Below are positions 53,870 through 64,000 of a stretch of DNA of 64,000 nucleotides, piece by piece. The position numbers and the translations under genes are program-made. Origin of the DNA: Octopus sinensis (taxonomy: Eukaryota); the NCBI RefSeq assembly GCF_006345805.1, contig NC_042998.1:33666001-33730000 (forward strand), in the 5' to 3' direction. Within the stretch, counting starts at the first letter, position 1; each line of letters starts with the position of its first letter. Under the pieces are notes generated by a model. The model was given only the letters and a program-made list of their open reading frames with translations, had not been told where the DNA came from and did not search any database.

Positions 53870-54722
53870 TTTTTACTCGTTTCAGTTATTACACTGAAGC
53901 CATGCCGAGGCACTGCCTTGAGCACTTTTAGTCGAATTAATCGACCCCATTACACTTTTTTTAAGGTTAGTAATTATTCTATCGGTCTATTTTGCCGAAC
54001 TACTAAGTTACGGGGAACGTAAATACACCAACACTGGCTGTCGAGCGGTTGAGGAAGCAAACACGCATACACACGTGTGTGTATGTGTGTGATGAGCTTC
54101 TTTCAGTTTCCGTATAAGGTTCACAAGGCTTTGGTCGACCCGAAGCTCTAGTAGAAGACACGTGACTAAAGTGTTCCTGTTGGTTATCTCACCCCCAATA
54201 AAAAATTGCCACTAAAAAATCGAGTTAATGTGGCGACAAGAGATTGGATTAAAAGGGTTAAATCCTTTTGATTCAATGCTTCAACACATTGTTGACGTTT
54301 GGTCCCCTAAACAGGAATGGAATGATTTGTTATAAAAACGTTATCAGATTCAGTAAGACGTTTAATTTTTTCCGTTTTCATGTTTATTAATTTTTTCAGT
54401 TTTGTATGATTTCTTATAAAAATATCATCAGATTCGAAACGATGTTCCGTCTTTTCACTTTTTGTTTTTTTAGTTTCTTCATTTTTTTCTCTATTTATTT
54501 ATTTTGTTTTATTGAGGGTTAAACAGTTTCTTTAATTTGAAGAAGATAACCAAAAGCACCGATATTTCTCGTAAAACGGAGGCGGGAAAGAGATAACCCA
54601 ATTTTTTAACGGGGTTGAGATAACCAAAAAAAAATACCGACCAAAGTAGTACTCGGTTGGGCTGAACCCGGAACCATGTAATTGGCAAACAAGCTTCTTA
54701 CTGCACAGTCACGCCCGCGCCT
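53870..54722 (-). mobile_element. SINE family B split by a MITE
   Basis: SINE sequence stops at 54173 and resumes at 54641. Confidence 0.8.
54174..54640 (+). mobile_element. MITE, same family as 17815-18568
   Basis: ttggttatctcaccccc ... ggggttgagataaccaaaa; possible diverged 8-bp TSD ctaaagtg/ccaaagta. Confidence 0.82.
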
Positions 54723-55141
54723 GTTGAACGGACTTATTTCGTAAAATAATAAACTCATCCTGGTATGTAAGAAATGTATTTGTAATTGTTAGAGCTGGAA
54801 TGATAAATAATAGCTTCTGTATTAATGAACGGGCTTCAAGTTAGCCCATTAGTACGAATATAGATATATCCTGAAACCGTGGTGGTTATTTCTCTAAATG
54901 ATATCATTAATTCGTTCTTTATATGTTCCTTCATGCGTCCTTCTAAACCACATTTGATTTGTGCTAAATGATTATTAATTGTCCAGAATACAAAAGAGTT
55001 GCATGAAAAATAAACAGCGACATAACAACGTCTATCCGGTTTGTCGTATTTATCCCGATCTCTTCTTTCTCCAGCTGAAATTGGTTCAATTCTACCAACT
55101 ATAGCCTTACCCCATCTCACAGTGTTCAAATTCAGGTCCCC

Positions 55142-55182
<41 letters not shown>

Positions 55183-55642
55183 GCACACATACACACACAT
55201 ACCGTCACACTGACATTTCACTGACAACCAAAGAGACACCATTATAATAAATGGAACACATTTAAGTGGGGAAAAAGAAATAAGAAAAGGTTCAAACATA
55301 ATAGACCTGTTTCCGCATTATTATTATAGCCGTGATGTTAAAGAGTTGACCTACATACCTCCTAGTTCAGTTCCATCTAGCTCAATTTTTTTTCTTTTTT
55401 TCCTGTTCAGAGTTCGAATTTCACTGGAATTAATTTAGCATTTCATCTCTTAGCGGACAGTTACTAGGGCACAAGTCCTCAAACTCCCTTTAGAAAGTTT
55501 TCCTTGCACTCAAAGGTTGACTTTGCCCTTCATCCTTTCAGGATCGGTAAAACACAATATTAGTCAAGTACTGCAGTCGATGTAATTGAGTTTCTCCCCA
55601 CCCCTTAGAATCGCCTTTAAGATGAGACAAAGATATCATAAT

Positions 55643-56470
55643 GAAGGCGGTGAGCTGGCAGAAACGTTAGCACGCCGGGCGAAATGCTTAGCAGTATCTC
55701 GTCTGCCGCTACGTTCTGAGTTCAAATTGCGCTGGGGTCGACTTTGCCTTTCATCCTTTCGGGGTCGATAAATTAAGCACCAGTTATGCACTGGGGTCGA
55801 TATAATCGACTTAATCCGTCAGTCTGTCCTTGCTTGTCCTCTCTGTGTTTAGCCCCTTGTGGGTAGTAAAGAATTAGGTATTTCGTCTGCCATTACGTTC
55901 TGAGTTCAAATTCCGCCGAGGTCGACTTTGCCTTTCATCCTTTCGGGGTTGATAAATTAAGCACCAGTTATGCACTTCGGTCGATATAATCGACTTAATC
56001 CGTCAGTCTGTCCTCGCTTGTCCTCTCTGTGTTTAGCCCCTTGTGGGTAGTAAAGAATTAGGTATTTCGTCTGTCTTTACGTTCTGAGTTCAAATTCCGC
56101 CGAGGTCGACTTTGCCTTTCATCCTTTTGGAGTCGATTAAATTAATTACCAATTGCGTACTGGGGTCAATCTAATCGACTGGCTCTCTTCCCCAAAATTT
56201 CGGGCCTTGTGCCTAGGGTAGAAAAGAATATCTTTAAGAAGGCGGCGAGCTGGCAGAAACATTAGCACGCCGGGCGAAATGCTGGGAGGTATTTCGTCTG
56301 CCATTACGTTCTGATTTCAAATTCCGCCGAAGTCGACTTTGCCTCTTATCCCTTCGGGGTCGATTAAATAAGTACCAGTTACACACTGGGGTCGATGTAA
56401 TCGACTTAATCCTTTTGTCTGTCCTTGTTTGTCCCCTCTATGTTTGGCCCACTGTAGGCAATAAAGAAAT
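55643..56470 (+). mobile_element. Trimeric family C SINE followed by a monomer
   Basis: Heads at 55643 and 56239; body repeated. Confidence 0.88.
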
Positions 56471-56488
56471 AAATTATTATTATTATTA

Positions 56489-56529
<41 letters not shown>

Positions 56530-57816
56530 CATCATCATCATATAATAAGGGTGATGGCCTGGCAAGATCGTTAGAGCTCCAAGACAATATGGTTACGGTA
56601 TCTCATCTGATTAGCTACATTCTGAGGTCAAATCACTCCTAAGTCAACTTTGCCTTTCATCCTTTCAGGGTTGATGAAATAAAAATACCAATCAAACTCT
56701 GTGGTCGTTCATATTGATGAACCCTCCCCACTCAAAAAATATATATATATATCTGACCTGGTACCTTAATTATAAAGCATTGTTATTATTGACACACAAC
56801 TACAAATCGAAAAGTAGAGAGATGGATTAAGACCAACTATACTTGATATCATTTAATCACTTTCCTCAACGCTTCAAGTTCAACTCTTGACTCAACTTTT
56901 CAAACCTTCTCGAGTCTGTAAAATAAGTAGCAGTAATACATTATAACTACGCAAATTTATCGCGTTGTTCTAAATAAAAAGCAGTGAGAATCAAAGTAGA
57001 TAGAGCATTGTGTTGATTTATCGATTTCTTTCTTCCTTCCTTCCTTTCTTTCTTTCCTTCTATCATTTCAGGGCTGATAAAATAAGTATAAGTGCTGGGT
57101 TGACTAAATTAACTTCACTCACTGTGGACTGTGTGTAGTCTTGCGACTGTTTGTTGCCTGATGATCAAGTGTGACTTCGTGGTTATGTGTGGTCTCACAG
57201 CTGAGTGCCTTTGAAGCTGTGTGTGGTCTTGAAGCTATGCCTGGCTTTGGTTGTTTGACCATGTGCCCTTTTTGACCTAGTGGGTGTGTGACCTTGTGGC
57301 TATCAAAGAAATCATTATTATAAAGGTCTAGATTGGGTCAAATGCTTAAATTACTGTTTCTCTGTATTCTAGATATAATTCGACGTCTCATTACCTCCCA
57401 GGTATGCTGTCAAATACAACTTTCATAGAAAACCAGCCAACGGAGAAGTCTGTGCATCAGTGGATTTTAGTTTAATCGGTAGCGACCTCTTGAGGGCGTT
57501 CTGAGATCACAAGGGAGCGATAAAAGCTTTTGGGGATGCTATGCAGTGGTGCTGGGTGTTTAGTTTGTGATTTTTCATAGAAAGAGATATTTAAAACGTG
57601 TAATAAACATATTTCAAATACATTTTCAAAAATGAAAATCTTTTTTCACATTAAAATAAGATTGGATAACGTTTTATATCAGTGGGCAAAAACACGTTTC
57701 TTGATACACCAAGGTTTAGCGTTCACCAGTTGCTTCTTTTAGATCTAAATTAGTAAATACAATATTACTTATTACAAGTGAGGCTAGAGACAGACAGACA
57801 GACAGATCGATCGATC

Positions 57817-57856
<40 letters not shown>

Positions 57857-58024
57857 TGAACTGCCAGCTTTACAGGAATAATACGTGCCTGAAAAACTCT
57901 TCGTTACACGAAATTAACTTCCCATTGATTTTCATATTATAGAGTGATTATGTGGTCTGGCAGATATTTAAAAAAAAACACACCGCCAAAAGGAGGGAAC
58001 TTGACACTTCTATAGAAGAAAATA

Positions 58025-60099
58025 ACAATTTCTAAACATACAAAGTGCAATTGGCATAATTACAGACATTTAAAGAAAACTACGGTAAGGAATATATAAG
58101 ATTGTAACAAGGTATTCTTACCACAAAATATGTTGACTATAGTATGAGGAATGGTTTTGGAGTGAGAGTTACTGAGAGATTATCGTCCATTATCATCAAC
58201 ATGTATTTGAGGGGCACACCCTAACCCTAACCCACCCGTAATTGTTTGATGTTTACAGCGCATCATCTCTTCATGCAATTCAATGTTGGAAGTGAGCTCA
58301 TTCTAAACTTCTGTGTATTTTTTTTTTCTTTTGACAGTCTCGGTTAAGTTTATTATCAGCAAAAACTTGCAGACCTTCCTCTCTAAGTGCAAGCCCTTTA
58401 ACAATATTCTTTGCAATCAATATTAGTGAAATTAGTAGAATTTCTGTATTCTCACGTGTAACTCAACTTGCATTTGTTCTCACAACATCATCTCGTTAGA
58501 TAAACGTTTTCTATATTAGTAACTCAATTAAAAACCTCTTCTTTTATCTTCTTCAAACCCTACACTATTTGTAAGTATCACACTATCATTCCGAATGTGA
58601 TGTTGACTTTCTGCTTGTGTGAAATTTGTGAAATCACAAATACAGATTAACCAAGCATCATTCAAAGTTGAGAGTTTCACTTCATTCGCTCACTCAGCTA
58701 TCTTATCCACGGTGTCCATTATGTTGATTTTCTTTCCAGAAGTTTCTCACTGGATGTCTATCCTCCCAATTAATTGCTTTCGTGCGCTGTTAGAAAGTTC
58801 TTCAGAGAATATTATTTGAAGTTAAACTCCACACTTTAATCCATTGTCTAGGAGAAAGCAGTTGTAATTCTAAGGAATATATTCTACTCTCCCATTATCA
58901 GAAAGTATCTTGGATTCTTGATGCATTTTCTAAAAAGAGCAATGTTTTGTCGGAATTATGTCTGACACAGTACCATCTTACAAAAAGTGTTTGTAAACCA
59001 CTCTTCGAAAAGGCTCTTAGTCATCCAAGCCTACTTATTTAAATGCTTAATCAGTGACAAATTAAACTTCGCGTGACTCTTGGAAGTGATACACGAGTAA
59101 GGACTTTAAATTCATATGACCAATGGCATTTCCTCTCAAAAGTAACGTCAGCTTTAAAATCATAGTGTTAATTTTTTTCTTCTCGAGAAATAAATTTTCT
59201 AGCAAGCATGAGCTTCAAGAAAAGTGCAGTTTTCTCCAGCAACTATTTTTTTTTTCAGTTGCTCAAGATAATTAGTTGCAGCCTTTGTATCAGCACAGAC
59301 AGCTTCACCTGCTGTGCAAATTCGAGCGATTTTTAAACCTTTCAGGTCAGCCTTTACTAACCAGAAAAAGCGTTTTATTAAAATGTTGAAGTTTTCACTG
59401 TTTGAATTCCGTGGTCAAGTAAGACACTTCATGTTACAGATAAAACTACATACCTCAGGATCGGGTGCAACAGATTGTCTTTAAACAATAAGAACAGCGC
59501 AGAACTTATGAGAAAAATAAAACATGATTGTTAGATTGTTGTTCAGAGTTCTGTTCCTCCTGCATCCCAGTTCTGTCCTTCACACTAGAATGTATCCAAT
59601 GAATGTAATTGTTACACAATCTTGTTCTATTTAGAAATTTGTTAGTGCCATGGTAACTTTTCTGCGGGAAGACTTCATCGATTTTCCTACAGCAAACAAA
59701 AAGATGTTTCAGCATTTGTCATATTTTCATGAATATGTAAATTCATGCATATGTCTATATGATGTTGATTGCACTTGGCCAAAATAAACATACGGCTCTG
59801 CTTTTCTATATGTGAAAAAGCTTAAATAATTCATAGGCTTCAATATCCTGCAATTATTGTCAACAACAAACTTTTGGCCAGAGCTGTTCCCTTGCATGCA
59901 GATAAAGATCAAACTGTCCTTTTACAAAGTATGTAAATTAACTCGTGAAAGAAATTATTTCTACAAATTATCTCCTTTCTTCTTTGACACTCATATTTTG
60001 TGGCACGAATACCTTGTTACAATCTTGTATATTCCTTACCGTAGATTTCTTTAAATGTCTGTAATTATGCCAATTGCACTTTGTATGTTTAGAAATTGT
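58025..60099 (-). mobile_element. pogo/Tigger-like DNA transposon remnant with ~110-bp inverted ends
   Basis: 58024-58132 is the reverse complement of 59992-60100; TA on both flanks; minus-strand remnants AGEAVCADTKAA, LTLLLRGNAIGH, NK*AWMT, LLLENA, TTAFS*TMD*SVEFNFK resemble DDE_1 transposase motifs. Confidence 0.82.
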
Positions 60100-60100
60100 T

Positions 60101-60375
60101 AGGTCGTGAGTTCGATTCCCGTCGGTGCGTTGTGTCCTTGAGCAAGACAGTTTATTTCATGTTGCCTCAGTTCACTCAGCTGGCAAAAATGAGTAGTAAC
60201 TGTATTTCAAAGGACCAGCGTTGTCACATTCTGTGTCAAGCTGAATCTCTCTGAGAACTACGTTAATGATTACGCGTGTCTGTGAAGCACTCAGCCACTT
60301 GCACGTTAATTTCATGAACAGGCTGTTCCGCCGATCGCATCATTTTGGACCCTTGTCATCGTAATCGACGGAGTA
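60101..60375 (+). mobile_element. SINE family A2, 5'-truncated
   Basis: gtgagttcgattccc...gtgtccttgagcaagac. Confidence 0.82.
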
Positions 60376-61336
60376 TCATACATACATAGTTCAGGTTTAT
60401 ACCTGTAATTATTGGGGCCCTGGGATATGTAACACACTACCTAAATACCAATGTTGAGAAATTAGGCTTCTCAAAACCAGAAAGGAGAAAGCTAATTCGA
60501 AGACTGCAGATCCAAGCCATCACTGGAACTGTAAAAATCTGTAAAACTTTCCAGAAGTTTATCATTTAAATATATATAAGCATGTCTAGATATGCAACTA
60601 TATGCATGAGAATACATACGTAAAACATACATACATACATTAAAAAATACCCTGTTGTTGATGTTGAAATCCCAATGAAGGAGCTTTGGATCTAGGTTAG
60701 AAACCGGTTTCTATACATATATACAGGCATATATTGTTTTATTTCTTGCTTTCGATCATTAGATCGCAACGTGGAAGGGGCAATCACTTCATGATTTTAG
60801 CCCAGAGGGTCACAAACTATTTCGGGCTGCCGCCCTATTGGCACCCAGGCCACATTTCTTGCGCCTCTCACCCCGCCACCATCACAAGCATAAATCACTT
60901 TCTGCCTCAGATCCAAAACAAATGTGTTTTACAAATAAAATTTAACCTAATTAACCCACTATTTTGTTGATTTTTATTCCATTGCCCCATTCCCCCCACC
61001 GCTTTTTTGGCCACCCTATTACGGACCCCACTTTTCTTCAGGGCTCCAGACCTGAATCTTTCCACCGCCTAAGAGGGACAGTACCACCCACTTTGGGAAC
61101 CACTGGTTTAGCCGATCGAATCGACTCCAATGATTGATTCAAGCCTAGAATATGTCGTCTCTTCGATGATATCATTATATTATGGCACTGAACCTGATTT
61201 TCATCTTTTTTTATCAATGAGTGTGGTAAACGTTTTGCACTAAGGATACTTCCGCTAAAAATTGAAGCTTTGAACCATGTAATTATTTCATGAGAGTCGA
61301 CATGCGTCTGCGTGCGTGTCATAATGATCATCATAA

Positions 61337-61339
<3 letters not shown>

Positions 61340-61399
<60 letters not shown>

Positions 61400-61475
61400 T
61401 GTAGATAGATAGGTAGATGGAATGATGGATGGATTGATACATAGATTGATAGATACATTGATGGATAGATTGACG

Positions 61476-61541
<66 letters not shown>

Positions 61542-61735
61542 CATGGAATGATGGATGGATTGATAGAGTGATAGATACATTGATGGATAGATTGACGGAT
61601 AGATAGATAGATACATACATACATACATACATACATAGACATGGAATGATGGATGGATTGACTGAGTGATAGATACATTGATGGATAGATTGACGGATAG
61701 ATAGATACATACATACATAGATAGATAGATAGACA
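61340..61735. repeat. (GATA)n with three copies of a higher-order unit
   Basis: atggaatgatggatggattga...gatagatacattgatggatagattgacggatag three times. Confidence 0.9.
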
Positions 61736-62114
61736 GTATATATTGGAATATTTCGATCACTTGAGAAACTCTTATAACATAAGTTGAAGAAGAAGAAAAA
61801 AAAAATCATAATTTTAAATTGTATTATTTGGACACATATCGTTGTAACACTCTGCACCAGACATATTTATGGACCGCATTTCACCTCGTTCATTGGTGCC
61901 AAATCTACAGGGGCAGTTACCGATGATAAACAGTTGACCAGCAGGAAACGACCACCTCTACTATACACCTTTCATACATTGGTTCTTTTAGAAACCCACT
62001 CATCATGTTTGTACCAAATTCCAATTTGAAAATCCCTGCCTTTTGTATCATCGGAATTATATTTGGAAACACAGGTAAACACTTGGACACCTAAATGCAC
62101 GCAATCACTCACCA

Positions 62115-62147
<33 letters not shown>

Positions 62148-62310
62148 GTGTGTGCGTCATTATCTTCTACTACTTTCAGTCATTACGCTGCGGCCATGTT
62201 GGGGCACGACCTTGAAAAATTTTAGTCGAACGAATCGACACCAATGTTTATTATATAGACCTCGCTCAGAGATTTAGTATTGCTTATACATACATACATA
62301 CATACAATAT

Positions 62311-62520
62311 GTGACCGCGTGTGTACCGTTGGCGATTTTTTCCTCCGTCTTCCCTTCTTTGGATCTTTCCTTTTCCTATGTTTCTGACGAAGAGCTCCGC
62401 TTGAAACGGAAAACCCTCCTTCATTCCTTCCTTCCTGAGCGTCCAATAATACTATATTTGTTCCACGTCCTCGCGTTGTTGCGTTTTCTCTTTGTGTTTT
62501 CATGTTTGGATTAACTTTAT
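62311..62520 (+). mobile_element. Short repeat with degenerate hammerhead motif (Penelope-terminus-like)
   Basis: CTGACGA aGAGC tcc GCTT GAAAC at 62384-62407; 3' part recurs inverted at 43085-43165. Confidence 0.5.
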
Positions 62521-63626
62521 ATAAATATATATTTGTAAAGCCTAGTACTTATTCTATCGGCCACTTTTGCCGAAATACTAAATTACGGGGATGTAAACAC
62601 ACCAACACCGGTTGTCAAGCGGTGACGGGAAGCAAACACAGACACCCTCATACACACACACACACATATATAGTTGAAATATAAAGAAAAACAAAAGACG
62701 AAGACAGGTCTATGAACAACAAGTGTTTTAGTTTGATGGGAAAAGTGAAGAAGTCTTTTACATTTCCATTTAAAAAGTGTGTTACATACAAAATTAAGAG
62801 GAATGACCACTAAAGTGGACAGCCTATATGCTAAACATAGACGTCAAATCGTCATTCCCACGAAGAATGTGTTCTCAAGAAAAAATCTCAGCATATATAT
62901 ATATGGCAGGCTTCTTTCAAATCCACTCACAAAACTTTGGTCGGCCCAAGGCCATAGTAGAAAAAACACTTGCCCACGCGGAGCCATGTGGCTGGGAAGC
63001 GAACCTCTTACCACGCTGCCATGCTTGAACCTGTCTTTTAGTTTACAGGCTTTACTTGTTCCAGTCGTTAGAGTGCGGCCATACTGGGGCACCGCCTTGA
63101 AGAATTTAAGAATATCACAGAATTCACAGAATAAAGCAAATAGCCGTCCCCACGCCCACCGCCTCCTGCCATTTCCTTCATTTTTCTTAGGTGTAAGGAT
63201 TTGTGTGAAAGTAAAAACGAAATGCAGACTGCGTGGGTCCGAATCATCGTCCCACGTACGACTCGCTGAGCTGACTCCTTCGAAACCAAGAATAAACAGA
63301 GGCTACTACACCCCCACCCCCCACCATTACCACCACCACACACACGCACACATTATAAATATATAATACGGTATAATAAATTTACTTAGTACAGAGTGTT
63401 CGAAATAATTCTCTGACAGACAATAACATTTTATTTTAAGTTTATGAATAAAAACATTCTATAAATGTAAATATCAGAGTGGAATAACCTTCACGATAAA
63501 AAAATAATAATAATAATAACATCATTTAAATATAATAAAGATTAAATAGAAAATTTTTTAAGTGTTTAAAAAAGAAAGCGAAAGCTTGAAAATACTAAAT
63601 TAACAGAAAAGGGGCTTTATATAAAC

Positions 63627-63796
63627 TAGTGGTTCTCAACCGTTTTATTTAAATGTGTTTACCCATGGGTGCCCTTTTAATGTGCTTATCCTTATATACA
63701 TTACATCTATATGAAATTTTGAACTTAGTTCACGGACCCCTAGTACTACCTTTGCGGGCCAACAGGGGTCCGTGGACCGCAGGTTGGGAACCAGTG
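63627..63796. mobile_element. hAT-type MITE
   Basis: TIRs tagtggttctcaacc / ggttgggaaccagtg; 8-bp TSD atataaac/atatagac; a related end starts at 63805. Confidence 0.8.
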
Positions 63797-64000
63797 ATAT
63801 AGACCAAAGGTTCTCAACCAGAGCTGATATGACCCTTGGGTGGGTTAGAGGGGTCTATGAAAGATTTTGTTAAAAATTATGCGTAATAATTTGGTTATAT
63901 TTTTTTATATTCTTTTACTTGAGTCAGTCATTTGACGGTGGCCATGCTGGAGCACAGCCTTTAGTCGAACAAATCGACTCAGGGATTTATTCTTTGTAAA

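Noticed and set aside
58219-58233. Telomere-like ccctaaccctaaccc
   Set aside because: Only two units, interstitial
61038-61857. 240-aa and 189-aa ORFs
   Set aside because: Translations of (TATC)n
62779-63366. 195-aa ORF
   Set aside because: Runs through SINE B fragments; no domain

Overview
Eukaryotic, AT-rich, repeat-dominated DNA. The dense (TA)n/(CA)n/(GATA)n microsatellites and the tRNA-derived SINE sequences match what I recognise from Octopus (coleoid cephalopod) genomes; this assignment is an inference. No intact host gene can be supported, and most listed ORFs are microsatellite or SINE artefacts. Contents: a decayed L1/Tx1-type LINE (~3.6-8.8 kb), two decayed restriction-like-endonuclease LINE fragments, a pogo/Tigger remnant with ~110-bp TIRs, a Tc1 3' end, hAT-type and other MITEs, two non-autonomous Helitrons, dozens of SINE copies from three or four families, a tRNA-Ile-like pseudogene and long palindromes. 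Two things stand out. (1) A 13 x 54-bp array (24340-25040) has a stop-free minus frame reading like a peptide precursor (LELN-GRR-PSEKDPQS-GKR), next to a strong splice acceptor. (2) A tRNA-headed short repeat carries a minimal hammerhead ribozyme and occurs in inverted, Penelope-like arrangements (30300-30730, 43995-44275). Repeat boundaries were read by eye and are approximate.
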